Shown here: positions 27,482 through 39,300 of the stretch, one piece after another | Layout: each line of letters opens with the position of its first letter | How positions within the stretch are numbered: the first letter of the stretch is position 1 | IMG/VR virus record: IMGVR_UViG_3300032030_000044 | Location: 25,497-89,496 of that record | Reading direction: 5' to 3' (one strand) | Length of the DNA: 64,000 nucleotides | DNA from: a virus | Lineage: Duplodnaviria > Caudoviricetes | Notes under the pieces: model-generated | Seen by the model: only the letters and a program-made list of their open reading frames with translations | Database searches by the model: none | Told to the model about the DNA's origin: nothing | Made by a program: the position numbers and the translations under genes

Positions 27482-29431
27482 ATGGGAAAAAATATTTATC
27501 AAACATATACTGAAAATGTTGAAAAACATAAAGAAGCAGGTGCTTATGAACCTGAATTATATAATTTAGGTGAATTAAGTTTAAGTGCAGATGCCGAAAT
27601 AAATGATTCTAATTATAATAATGAAAAAAAAGAATGTGATGAAATAAAAGTTAATGGTATAGAAGAATTAAAAATAAAAGGAATGAGTGATGAAGAATAT
27701 AATATATATAAATTTGGAAAAAGTTTAAAAAATTATGAAATATATGAAACTGATAAAAATTATAAAGTGTCTTCTTGGTATAATCGTATTGGTCTTGGAG
27801 CAGATTCTAAAATATATAGTAAAAATATAGCTAATAAATTACAAACTTATGTAAATAGATTATATAGCGAAAACAATCTTTTATATGATGGTTCAAGTGG
27901 AGTTACTGTTAGTGATTGGTGGGCAAGAGGTTTGACAAATGCAGTTAATAAATTTACTACTGGTGAAAATGGTATGAGTCTTTCGACACAAGGCAAAACT
28001 ATAACTGTTATGAAAGACAATGTTCCCTTATTTTCATTTAATGCTTTAGGAGAAGGAGAACATAGTGTAAATGATGATAATGAAATTATATTTTATCCTA
28101 ATAACAAAGTGTCAGCATTTCTTTGTTTTAGTGATATATATAATACTATTGCAACTGAATATCCTTGGCAAAAGTTATGGAGAGATGGTGCAGATAGAGC
28201 ATTTTATCATGCTGGAGATGATTTTGAAGAAGCTGGAGATTTAATGATGAATGTAGATTCATATATTCATGAATATTTGCCTTATTATAATAATGATAAA
28301 TCTGATATACCAATTTCTGGAGAACAATATTATTATAGAAGAAATGATGGTAGTTTGGTTAGTGGATTAGGTTATGTTGGCCAAGCAGATATAGCTTTAA
28401 AAGTAATGGATGGTATATATGCAGTAACTAAAACAAATAGTTCTATTGCTACACAAAGTAAAGCTGTTCAAGATAAATATCTTAACGATTGGAATACACA
28501 TACTTCTAATACAGCAAATTTATATATTGAAACTCCTGGTGGAAATGATTTTAATCCTAAAGATGATATAAATCCTACATTACAAGTTTTAACTGATGAT
28601 AAAAAAAGAAGAGATATTGTACAAGAAATTTCTTCTAATTTTAATAATTGTACATTTGTTTTAGCAAGACATGGTTTACATTGGGGATATGAAATTACTG
28701 TTCCGAGAATAGAAAAAAATACTATTTGGGAATCTAACGATAAAGAAGCATCTAATCAATATACTGTTTTTGTTGAAGGTGCATTAGATTTAGATAGAAT
28801 TGCAGAAATAGCTAGTCGTCCTGAAAATATGGCTCATAGTGCTGTTATAAATGGTATGCTTGCAAATTCACAATATGCTTATACTTATGTATCTATTCCA
28901 TCGAATATTACTCATGATTTTAAAAATAGTGAATATACTGAAAAAACAGATGGCAATTATTCTGGTGCTTTTAATGTATATTATAATCAAGGCTCTAAAA
29001 CTACAGAATTTAATTGGCATAAAAATGGTCATTATTATAATCTAAATACAATGTTTGGAGGAGATAAACAAGCTAATGTCGCACTTGAAGAATATCTTAC
29101 AATATGTCAAGTTATTAATAATTTAGCATATAGTTTAGGAACAAGTACTAAAAATATTAAAAATCATATATTATATAATAAGAATTTTGATGATAAATAT
29201 TTTGACAATTTTTTAAATTCTCATAATAGTACAGGTATGACTAATGCACAAATTCTTGCTATATTTGCATATCCTAATAGTGCTGAATATATAATGCATC
29301 CTGATATTTTTACTCAAGGTCCTGATTTAATAGGCCGAGTTAGTACATTTGTTAAAGAAAGTTTTAACAAATATAGAGCTAATTATAATATAGAAGATTA
29401 TGAAGAATGGAATAAAAAACATAATAAATAA
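27482..29431 (+). CDS. Putative cargo protein
   Basis: 649-aa ORF in the cargo cluster; no recognisable motif. Confidence 0.45.
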   Translation: MGKNIYQTYTENVEKHKEAGAYEPELYNLGELSLSADAEINDSNYNNEKKECDEIKVNGIEELKIKGMSDEEYNIYKFGKSLKNYEIYETDKNYKVSSWYNRIGLGADSKIYSKNIANKLQTYVNRLYSENNLLYDGSSGVTVSDWWARGLTNAVNKFTTGENGMSLSTQGKTITVMKDNVPLFSFNALGEGEHSVNDDNEIIFYPNNKVSAFLCFSDIYNTIATEYPWQKLWRDGADRAFYHAGDDFEEAGDLMMNVDSYIHEYLPYYNNDKSDIPISGEQYYYRRNDGSLVSGLGYVGQADIALKVMDGIYAVTKTNSSIATQSKAVQDKYLNDWNTHTSNTANLYIETPGGNDFNPKDDINPTLQVLTDDKKRRDIVQEISSNFNNCTFVLARHGLHWGYEITVPRIEKNTIWESNDKEASNQYTVFVEGALDLDRIAEIASRPENMAHSAVINGMLANSQYAYTYVSIPSNITHDFKNSEYTEKTDGNYSGAFNVYYNQGSKTTEFNWHKNGHYYNLNTMFGGDKQANVALEEYLTICQVINNLAYSLGTSTKNIKNHILYNKNFDDKYFDNFLNSHNSTGMTNAQILAIFAYPNSAEYIMHPDIFTQGPDLIGRVSTFVKESFNKYRANYNIEDYEEWNKKHNK

Positions 29432-29437
29432 TTAAAT

Positions 29438-32400
29438 ATGGATTATATAAAAATAAATGGAGTAATGGTTCCTGCGCCATTAGATGATAGCAAATTCGAA
29501 GATACTTCTGTAGAAGAAGTATCTTCGAATTTGCCAGTTTCAAAACCAGGTTCTATAGCTGAATCTTATTATACAGTTCCAAAAGAAGTTGCAGATATAT
29601 CTAAAAAATATAATATTTCTTTAGGTAAAAATTTTGATGAAACTGAACTTGAAAAATATTTAGCAGCTTCTCAACGATGGTATGAACAATTATATAGAGG
29701 CACTATGCAATTAGTAGTTAATGAAGTTGGATTGGGTACAATACTTGGTCTTTCTGATTTAATTGATTATATGATTAATATAGGAAAAGCATATGGAGAA
29801 GATGATTGGACAAATCCACTTAGTTCAAAACTTACTGAATTGCAAGATAATTTACGAGAACATTGGCAAATATATAGAGAAAATCCAGATAAAAGTTGGC
29901 AAATTAGTGATACAGGTTGGTGGTTTGATAATGGTGTTCAAATTGGTAGTACATTAAGTCTTATGATTCCTGCTGCAGGTTGGGTTAAAGCTTTAGGTAT
30001 GGTAGGTAAAGTAACAAAACTTGATAGACTTTTTTCACGAGCAAGTTATGGTCTTGGAAGATTTTTTAATAAAATTGAAGCTGGTATTAAAGGTTCTGAA
30101 AAAGCAAAAGGTGCATTTGCATGGAGTAGAGATATTCAAGCTTTAGGCAAAAGTGCACATCGTGCTGTAGTATCAAGACAAATGGAAGATATGCTTGAAG
30201 GTAGAGAAGTATATAACCAAACATATGATGAAATGTACAATGATTTAATTAATATGACTGAAGATGAAAAAGAAAAATTTTTTAAAGTTAATCCTAATTT
30301 TGTTGGAAAAAGTTATGAAGAAATAGCAAAATATGTAGCAGATAAATCTGCTCAATATACATTTGAAAAAGATTTTGTATGGGTTCTTACTGATTTTCTT
30401 GCTTGGAAATCTATTGGTTCTGGTTATTTATCTCGAACTGCTAATAGAACATTAGACAAAGCTCTTGCATCTGAATTAAATAAAATGGCTAATTCTGCTG
30501 GAATACAAGCTGAAAGAATTATGACTGCTAAAGGAATTAATGAAGCTAATAAATCATGGTTGCGATGGTTTGCTACTAATCCAAGTCGTTCTGTTCCACG
30601 ATTATTAACTTCTTTATCTGTTGATGAAGGTGTTGAAGAATTTGGGCAAGGTGTATATCAAGAACAGGGTAAAGAAGTTATGTATAAATATCTTAATCCA
30701 TATTATACTCAAAGAAGTTTAGCTTCATATTTATCTGATGGAAAATTATGGGAACAAGCTTTTTGGGGAGCATTAGGAGGAATAGCATTTGGTGCTGGTC
30801 ATAAAGTTGCACATCATATTGCTGATAAAATTGAATTAGCAAAAAATAAAGAAGGTATTACTAAAGCTGATATTTTAAATTTACAAACTAATGAAGAACG
30901 ACTTCGTGCTGATAATTTTGCAAGTTGGACAGATGAACTTAATAGATTTAAAGCAAGAGTAGAATTATATAGACAAGGATATAATCCTTATAGTTTAGTT
31001 AAAGATACTACTCCAGAAGGAACTACAGTTTGGAGAGAAGCTAAAGAAGGTGAACATATCGGTATTACTGAAGAAGAAAAAGAAACTATGGGATATCAAC
31101 TTATTGATGATTTTATAAACAATTTAGCATATAGAGCTATTGATAACGGAAATATAGATTATTTAAAAGCTTTGATTGAAGATGATATTTTTGATGAATC
31201 AATTAAAAAAATTGGAGGAGATGCTATAAATTTTGATATGCAACAACGAATGATGACTAAATTAAATGAAGCTGTTGATAATTATGCACAAGCATTGTAT
31301 GATGTATTCTTAAATGGAAATACTAAATCAGAAGAAGTTGGAAGAGCTGTAGCCAGAAATATAGCAAGAAATAAATATAGAATCACAGAATTGAATGAAA
31401 CTATTAAAAAACTTGACCATAAAATAAATAATGCTTCTGATGCTACAACAAATGTTATTGAATCACAAACAATTTATTTTTTACAAAAACAATTAGATAA
31501 TTTAGAAAATGAAGAAAAATCATTAGATGAAGCATTTAATAATGGAAAAATAAATAAAACTTTTTATGATAATAAAAAAAGAGAAATAGATAGAATAAAA
31601 TTTGCATATTTGTTAAAATTTAGTAATTATGTTACAAGGAGTTATGTTAAAGAGTTAGAAGATGGAAAAACTGAAACTATTGAAAGATATAAACCAATTT
31701 ATGATTTGAGTGAATTAAATTATCACGATTTATATAATGAATTATATAATTTAAACTCTACTATTGAGCATGGTTGGGATGTTGGTTATAAAACAAAAGA
31801 ACTTATATTTGAACGATTAAATGCTGAATTCATGAAAGCTAAAACTGAATCTATGATTCCAACATCTAAACATGAATTACAAGAAGCAATAGATGATATG
31901 GAAGCAGCATTTGGTGATATAATTAAAAATAGACTAAACCAAGCAGAAGATGATATTATAAATTATATTAAAAATAGCGACAATCCTTCACAAACATTAA
32001 CTAATTTAATGAATGATGACCCATATAATAATGAAAATAAAAAAATATTAAATAAATTTAGAATGTTTAAAATTGGACATGATGCTTACGAAGTCTATGC
32101 TACAAGATTTAGAGCTGCTGCTAGCGAAGAAGAACAAGTTAGACGAGCAACAATACGACAAAATCCTCCAACACAAACAAATACTAATACAAATACTAAT
32201 ACAAATACTAATGCAGATGAAAAAGAAGAAGATAATAATAATGATAATAATGACACTAATGAGAATATAGAAGATAACGAGAAACCTGTTGAACAAAATG
32301 ATAAAGAAACCGAAACTCCAGAAGATACAACTAATGAATTAGAAGGTGAAATGTACGATTCCCCTACAGGGGAACAAGAAATAGGAGAAGATGAATACAT

Positions 32401-35400
32401 GGCATATTCTGAAAATATTCCTGAAGATGAAGAAGAAATATATGATGACCAATTGCTTCCAGAAGCTTATGAACTACATAAACAAAAAATAGCTGTTGAA
32501 GTATTTGATGATCTTAAAAAACGATTAACTGAAGGTTTTGAACTTAAATCATTTTTATCTGGTATTTATTCAAAATATTTTAAACAAATTTATGAAGAAG
32601 AATTAGCTGCTGCTATTAATAAATATAAAGATACAGGTATGAGTAATGCTGAAATAGCTCAAGGCGTTGCTCAAGGATTACAAAATTTTCTATCTGCTTT
32701 AGCAAATAAAGCTAAACGACAAACAAATACTACAGAAAATGCTATAACTCAAGCTGCTTATAATTTGTTTGATGTTATTTCACAAGTAAATTATGATGAA
32801 TATGGAAATATGATAATGAAAGAACTTGTTAGTTCTGAAGATATCGATAATAATATAGAAGAAATTAAAAAAGAAATTGAAAATTTTTTAGATGAATATA
32901 TAAAATCAAAAGAAATACCTAAAAATAGAAATGGAAAATATATAATAAATGGTAGAAAAATATTTGAATATTTAGTTTCTCAAGACCCTGAACTTGCTAA
33001 AAGAATATTTAATACTTTATGTAATTATTTAATGAATTATAAAGGAGATAAATATGCGGTAACAGATAAAAATTTATTAAAAGAATATTATACTCATCCT
33101 AATTTATTTATAAATAAACTTAATTATGAAAATGCTACTGTAGAACAAGGTAGTGGAGAAACTGCTATAAAAGTTGGAGAACAAAATTATTTTCATGCTG
33201 CATATAGTACCACTATGGTTTTTTTAGATAAAAGAATTAAAAAGCTTAAAAAAGAAATTGATGATCTTAAAGAAAAATATAAAAGTAATGTAAGTTTTAA
33301 TGGTATTAGTTGGCATTATGATAATAATGTTGCAGCAGAAATTAAATTGAAAATAGAAGAATATAATAAATTGGCAACTAGATATAATACTCTTTATAAA
33401 AATAAATTAATATTTGAATCAGGTGCAGATGGAGTAAAAGTTGTTTATATTATTAATAATAAATCTAATTCTATTTCTATAAGAATTGTGCCTCCTGATA
33501 CAGATATTGAACAAGTAAAAAAAGATGATAATTATGAAATTGGTTATATGGGTTTAGTTGAAACAAATTCTACTCATACAAGTTATAAATTAGTTGAATC
33601 AAAAAGTGCAAGAGGTATTAGATTTAGAACTACTTATGAAAAAGGCATATTAACTTCTAATATGGATGAATTTTTTAATAAATTAATAACTGCTTTATTT
33701 GGAGAAACCACTACTTTAACAGAAGATGATATAAAATTTGCTAAATTAATAGATAATGGTGATGAACATTTAAAAGAAGAAGAATACAAAAAATCTTTAA
33801 AAGAAAATTTTGATTTTATTAAAGGCTATTTAAACAGTTATATAACTACAAAAGATATTATTTTAAATAATGAATATGATTTATATTATTTTGCTGAACA
33901 AATTAAACGAATATTACATTATCAAGATTCTGAAAGTATTAATGATTATAGATTATCATATATGCAATGGGTTGCTAGAGTTCATGATAATTATACTGCT
34001 ACTTATAAAATTATGCAAGCTTATATAGAAGGAAAAGAAGTTACTGGAGAACCTATATCATCTGGGGTTGAAACTGTAGAATTAACAAAAGAATATACTG
34101 CAAACTTAAATACTATAAATGCTAATACTGCTAAATTAGTTTATATAAATGAAAATGGAGATATTGTTTTTGGAAATTCTAATGAAAGTACTAACAATTT
34201 TGCTGGAATGAGAAAATTTAGTATAGGTTTTGCTTTAACTAAAAATAGTGTTGGATATGGTATTGCATGGGTTACTAAAACTTCAAGATTAGATAGTAAT
34301 CCGCATTTAGCTAAATTAATGGAACAACAATTAACTGATATTATTTCTGGAGAAATTTTAAAAGATGGTGCTGTAGATATAGATTATATTATACAACATT
34401 GTAAATGGTTATTTGGTAAATCTTCTTTATTTTATGGAGTTAAAGAATCAGTTCTTAGAGAAAAATTAGCAAAACTTGCTACATTAAAACAAAATAGTAA
34501 AGAAGAAGCAACTGAATTTTCAAGAGAATTAATATCACAAATAGTTAATACATTAAAATTTAATAAATCATTTTATTTTGCTAAAAATACTGCTTCTGAT
34601 GTTTCATATAATGGTAATCCTTATTTCTATTTTAAATCAGGTAAATTATATTTAGATTTTTCAATTAATGGTCAACATACAACAGAAACATATAATGATT
34701 ATTGTGATTTTGCTATTAAAAATGGTGCTTTTATATTAAATCAAGCTGTTGAACAAAGTTCTGATGAAAATGGTCCTTTACCAACAGATATTTACGTTTC
34801 TTACGAAGTTCGTGATTACACCCCTGTAGAGGGAGAAGACAATGTAATAGAAACTGGTGGAACTATTAATGATTTTATTTTAAAACATAAAAAAGGAGAA
34901 CCTATTTCTACAACTGTTTTACTTAAAAAACTTGGTGCTACTGATGAAGAAATAAAACTATTAACTGAAGATTTTGTTAGTTATGATAATGAAGTTGATA
35001 AATTAATACCAGAAAATATAATATATAATTCTTCTAAATCTTCAAAAGAAGAAGGATATATGTATTTTGATAAAATTGATAAAAAAATTTATTTAACTTC
35101 TAAAGGTCGAGAAGCATTAAAACGTGGAACTAAACTTAAAACTTTTATTCGTTGGATTACTCATGAAAACACTCATAAAAGATTTGATGAATTAAATCCA
35201 ATAGATAAAAAATATATAATAGAAGAGCTAAATGACATTATAAAAGAATTTTATGATTACTTTAAAAATGATAAAAGTAAAGCTGCTGAAGATATTAGAA
35301 AAGCATTTTCTGATAAAAATCATTTACTAAATGAAGAAAATATTAAAAAATATATAGCTTTTCTTGAAACAAGTAGTAAGGATACTGAAGCTGGTGGGCA

Positions 35401-36136
35401 TATTCAAGAAAAAATGATTAGTGAATGGATTTGTGAAACACTTACTCAACCTAATTTTATTGATTATCTTTCTAAAATAGAAGCAAAAGAATTTGAAAGT
35501 AAAGAACAAACTAAAAAAAGTCTATTTCAAAAATTTATAGATTTAATTTTAGATTTTTTCGGTATAAGTTTGGAAGTTACAAAAAATAATAGTATATTTG
35601 CAAAACAATACGAAATTTTATTTGGCGCAGAAAAGAATGAAAAAACAAGTGAAAAAGTTGTTCCAGTAGAACCTGTTGATAAAACTACTGCTAAACAATT
35701 AAAAGCTGATGAAGAAAGTAATGAAGCTAAAGAAGAAACAAATGAAACACAAAATGATATAACAAATGTTGAAACTTCTGAAGAAAAAAATGATAATGTC
35801 AATGAAAATACAAATGATGATATTAATGATGATATTGACATTGAATTATTTGCTGGAGTTAATGAAAATGAAGAAATTAATATTGAGTCTAATGAAGAGT
35901 CTAATCCTGTAGAAGAAAACAATATTGATGATTTTATGGAATATGTATCTTCTTCTGATATTGGAGGTTATATTGAAAGTAGAACTGTTAGAAATAGTAG
36001 TAAAGTAGAAAGTAATATATATAATACAATAATGATACCTAACATGGAAGATTTTGTAGAGATGTTTAAGCATGATGATAAGGTAAATATAGCTAATTTA
36101 ATTAAAAATGGTAATCTTATTTTCACTTGTATATAA
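29438..36136 (+). CDS. Large cargo protein associated with the virion RNAP, with a zincin-like domain
   Basis: 2232 aa; hydrophobic Gly-rich segments in the N-terminal part, an acidic linker, and HENTH (H1909-H1913) with a downstream EWICE. Confidence 0.65.
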   Translation: MDYIKINGVMVPAPLDDSKFEDTSVEEVSSNLPVSKPGSIAESYYTVPKEVADISKKYNISLGKNFDETELEKYLAASQRWYEQLYRGTMQLVVNEVGLGTILGLSDLIDYMINIGKAYGEDDWTNPLSSKLTELQDNLREHWQIYRENPDKSWQISDTGWWFDNGVQIGSTLSLMIPAAGWVKALGMVGKVTKLDRLFSRASYGLGRFFNKIEAGIKGSEKAKGAFAWSRDIQALGKSAHRAVVSRQMEDMLEGREVYNQTYDEMYNDLINMTEDEKEKFFKVNPNFVGKSYEEIAKYVADKSAQYTFEKDFVWVLTDFLAWKSIGSGYLSRTANRTLDKALASELNKMANSAGIQAERIMTAKGINEANKSWLRWFATNPSRSVPRLLTSLSVDEGVEEFGQGVYQEQGKEVMYKYLNPYYTQRSLASYLSDGKLWEQAFWGALGGIAFGAGHKVAHHIADKIELAKNKEGITKADILNLQTNEERLRADNFASWTDELNRFKARVELYRQGYNPYSLVKDTTPEGTTVWREAKEGEHIGITEEEKETMGYQLIDDFINNLAYRAIDNGNIDYLKALIEDDIFDESIKKIGGDAINFDMQQRMMTKLNEAVDNYAQALYDVFLNGNTKSEEVGRAVARNIARNKYRITELNETIKKLDHKINNASDATTNVIESQTIYFLQKQLDNLENEEKSLDEAFNNGKINKTFYDNKKREIDRIKFAYLLKFSNYVTRSYVKELEDGKTETIERYKPIYDLSELNYHDLYNELYNLNSTIEHGWDVGYKTKELIFERLNAEFMKAKTESMIPTSKHELQEAIDDMEAAFGDIIKNRLNQAEDDIINYIKNSDNPSQTLTNLMNDDPYNNENKKILNKFRMFKIGHDAYEVYATRFRAAASEEEQVRRATIRQNPPTQTNTNTNTNTNTNADEKEEDNNNDNNDTNENIEDNEKPVEQNDKETETPEDTTNELEGEMYDSPTGEQEIGEDEYMAYSENIPEDEEEIYDDQLLPEAYELHKQKIAVEVFDDLKKRLTEGFELKSFLSGIYSKYFKQIYEEELAAAINKYKDTGMSNAEIAQGVAQGLQNFLSALANKAKRQTNTTENAITQAAYNLFDVISQVNYDEYGNMIMKELVSSEDIDNNIEEIKKEIENFLDEYIKSKEIPKNRNGKYIINGRKIFEYLVSQDPELAKRIFNTLCNYLMNYKGDKYAVTDKNLLKEYYTHPNLFINKLNYENATVEQGSGETAIKVGEQNYFHAAYSTTMVFLDKRIKKLKKEIDDLKEKYKSNVSFNGISWHYDNNVAAEIKLKIEEYNKLATRYNTLYKNKLIFESGADGVKVVYIINNKSNSISIRIVPPDTDIEQVKKDDNYEIGYMGLVETNSTHTSYKLVESKSARGIRFRTTYEKGILTSNMDEFFNKLITALFGETTTLTEDDIKFAKLIDNGDEHLKEEEYKKSLKENFDFIKGYLNSYITTKDIILNNEYDLYYFAEQIKRILHYQDSESINDYRLSYMQWVARVHDNYTATYKIMQAYIEGKEVTGEPISSGVETVELTKEYTANLNTINANTAKLVYINENGDIVFGNSNESTNNFAGMRKFSIGFALTKNSVGYGIAWVTKTSRLDSNPHLAKLMEQQLTDIISGEILKDGAVDIDYIIQHCKWLFGKSSLFYGVKESVLREKLAKLATLKQNSKEEATEFSRELISQIVNTLKFNKSFYFAKNTASDVSYNGNPYFYFKSGKLYLDFSINGQHTTETYNDYCDFAIKNGAFILNQAVEQSSDENGPLPTDIYVSYEVRDYTPVEGEDNVIETGGTINDFILKHKKGEPISTTVLLKKLGATDEEIKLLTEDFVSYDNEVDKLIPENIIYNSSKSSKEEGYMYFDKIDKKIYLTSKGREALKRGTKLKTFIRWITHENTHKRFDELNPIDKKYIIEELNDIIKEFYDYFKNDKSKAAEDIRKAFSDKNHLLNEENIKKYIAFLETSSKDTEAGGHIQEKMISEWICETLTQPNFIDYLSKIEAKEFESKEQTKKSLFQKFIDLILDFFGISLEVTKNNSIFAKQYEILFGAEKNEKTSEKVVPVEPVDKTTAKQLKADEESNEAKEETNETQNDITNVETSEEKNDNVNENTNDDINDDIDIELFAGVNENEEINIESNEESNPVEENNIDDFMEYVSSSDIGGYIESRTVRNSSKVESNIYNTIMIPNMEDFVEMFKHDDKVNIANLIKNGNLIFTCI
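32359..32374 (+). repeat. Dispersed 16-bp motif, in CDS (DSPTGE)
   Basis: TTCCCCTACAGGGGAA. Confidence 0.85.
34821..34834 (-). repeat. Dispersed 16-bp motif, in CDS (TPVEG)
   Basis: CCCCTGTAGAGGGA on the + strand. Confidence 0.9.
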
Positions 36137-36140
36137 ATAT

Positions 36141-36183
36141 ATCAGTCTATTATATAAAGTTTGAAATTGAGCTAAAAATAGCT
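36141..36183 (-). repeat. Intergenic AGCT-N6-AGCT element, copy B
   Basis: - strand AGCTATTTTTAGCTCAATTTCAAACTTTATATAATAGACTGAT. Confidence 0.6.
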
Positions 36184-36306
36184 AAAATAATTTTTGCTCA
36201 ATTTCAAACTATATAATAGAAGATATAAAATTTTAATAGTAATAAATTTAATAATTTAATTATTGTTAAGTTAATTGCTAAAACTTTAACTTAAAATAAA
36301 AAAATT

Positions 36307-39300
36307 ATGGCTTGTACATTTTATGGTTTTACTATCCCATCTGAAAAAGATAAGGATAATAGAGTAGCAAATGCTATCTCTAATAATACAGTTAGTCGTG
36401 GAAATATTCCTTTACAGGTTATATTAGCTGACGCTGTTATAAATAAGACTGCTGCTGAAATTATTAATGCAGTAAATAAGGCAAATTCTACTAATAAAAA
36501 TTGGAAAGAAGTGCCTGTTGTTGAGAATCTTTATGAACTTAATTTAAATGTTCTTAAAAAGGTTCTCAAAAATTATGCTATATTGCAATCAAAAGATATT
36601 GCAAATTATCGTGTTGCACATACACAAAAAGCTTTAAGAGGATTTAATTCTGAAGTTGCTTTAGAGTTTGCTAAAGAGTATACTGCTGATATGTTATTAG
36701 ATATTTATTATGAACATATAAATGATAAACATTTAAATGATAAAATGTTAAAAACTGAATTTAAAAGAAGAGTGGAACGACATTTTAATGATATTATACG
36801 AATGTTTGAAACTACAGCTAAAGAATATATAAAAGAACACGAAGAAGAAAATGATATAATAAAAGGATTTCAAAAATTAGATAAATTAAGAAAAGACCTT
36901 TCTGAATTTAAAGAAACAAATGATATAAAAAATGATGCAGATGCTTCAAAAAAATATGAAACATTAAAATGTAATATAATAGCATATTTATATTCTTTTA
37001 TTGCAGATTTTAACAATTTAGCTAAAAATAAATCTATAATCAATACTGAAGCTTTGCAGAATTATACAGCTTTATATAAAATTGCTTCTTCTAATGATAA
37101 TACATGGTTTGAAGATGTCTCTTGTTTAAGTAAAATAAATACAATAGCTCGTCTTCTTAATCCACCTTTACAAGAAGATACATATGAAGAAGTCGATTTT
37201 GATGATGAAAGTGATTATGTTAATCCAGAACATGATACTGATGAAGATAATGGTTGGGACAAAAATAAAATACAAAGTTCTTATGATAAACTATTTTCAA
37301 ATGATTTTAAAATATATTTAGCTTCTAAATTATATAAAGTTGCAGCTCCAATTAATAGAAATACTACAGAAGTAATTCCAGTATATGATACAAATAATCC
37401 ATTAGGAGTTAAAATGAAAATGGACGTTAAACAAGTTTATGTAACTTTACTTTCTGCATTAAATGACGGTAAATATTTTAAAGATATATATGCATTAGCA
37501 GATAGAATAGATAATCTTGCCCAATCTGTTCCAGAACTATATGGTTTTTATATAATTGCAGATGATATTAGAAAAGACCATGCTTTAGGAAATAAAATTT
37601 TACAACAATTAAGATTAGCTCGTATTAATAAAACTATTATTGCATTTGATGAAAATGATATAGTTACAACTCATAATAATGCCGGATTTATATCACATAT
37701 AACTAATTTTAATAATATAACTGATCAAATACAAAGAAATTATATGGGTTTAATAGATTCTTCAATTATAAAATTACATGAACTTAAAACTAAAATACAA
37801 AAGTTAAATACTGCTATACTTCCATCAGATGCTGATCTTTTTGATAAAACTGTAAGGGATTATGCAGATAGTATTTCAGCTGTACTAACATATTTAAGTC
37901 CAAATATAACAAAAGAAATAATAACTGCTTATTTAAGAAGTAATTTAAAAACTGTTGATGGTAAAAAGAGAGTTAGTAATTTATTAAATAATACTATAGC
38001 ATTAGCTAATATTGCAGTTAAAGAAAATTCAAGATTTAATAAAGACTATGTTACATGGAAAGAAAATGTTTTAAAACCTTTTTATAAAAGTATTAATTCA
38101 GAATATGATTCACAAGACCAATATGCAGAAGACGGAGATGCAGAATTTACTAAACGAGAAACGCCAAGATTTGATTATAATAATTATATGCAAATAAGTG
38201 GAGAGTATAAAGTTGATGATTTAGCAAATACAATAAATAATATAATTGAAGCTTTGGAAGACTTTATGATAGTAAATATAGATTTAAATTCTCCAAATGC
38301 AGAAGGTCATAATTCATCAAATATAATAGATAATAATTATTTAACTAATATTGTCCAATTAATAAAAGAAGGTAGAGATAAAGAAGGATTAGAAGCTTTT
38401 AAAGAACTTTATAAATCTTGTCCACAATTGAAATTTAATCCTATATTTGTTGGAATTGAAGGAACTCAATTTAATGGTTTATTTATAGAGGATGCACATG
38501 GCAATTTAACTATAAATGAAGAAGGAGTAAAAGCTTTAAATTTATCACTTTTTGACGGTGTTAAAACTTTAGATAACGAAGAAGCTAAAACTTATACAAA
38601 ACTTACATTAGGAGATTATTTTCTTTCTCAAGCTATATTATATTTTAATGGAACTGGAATACGAGAAAATGGCAATACTACAAATACCACTACTTTTTTA
38701 TTAGATACTCCCTCTGATGGGCAAAAGAATTTTATGATGAGTATAAGTAAACTTGAAGATAAAAATTCATTTACTATTGCTAATCAATCTGAAATATTAA
38801 CTCCATTTAATAATTTTATTCAATCTAAATTTGATATTCCAAATTCTAATGATGAAACAGCTTATCAAAAATATTCTATGGATATAAAAGAAGATTTAAA
38901 AACATATTCTACTAATGAAATAAATTTTGATACTCTATATAATATTTTAACTGGAAAAAATACAATTGATACAAAAAAATTAAAACATAAAAATTTAAGT
39001 GCTGATAAAAATAGTGTTGTATATACAGTGTATTATAAAGATATTGAAGGAAATAAAGTTATTATTGACTTACAAGGAAATTTTGTTGATAAAACTCGTT
39101 CTTCTATTACAAATATACAAATATTAAAAATTGCATCTACTACAATATATACTTATAAAGACGAACAAATTGATACATTAACAAATAAAATACCTGATAG
39201 TATTATAATTCCTATAAAGAAAAAATTATTAAATGAAGCTTTAAAAAATAAAACTGCTAAAATAGAAATAAATACACGTAGTGATGTATATTTAGGTTTT

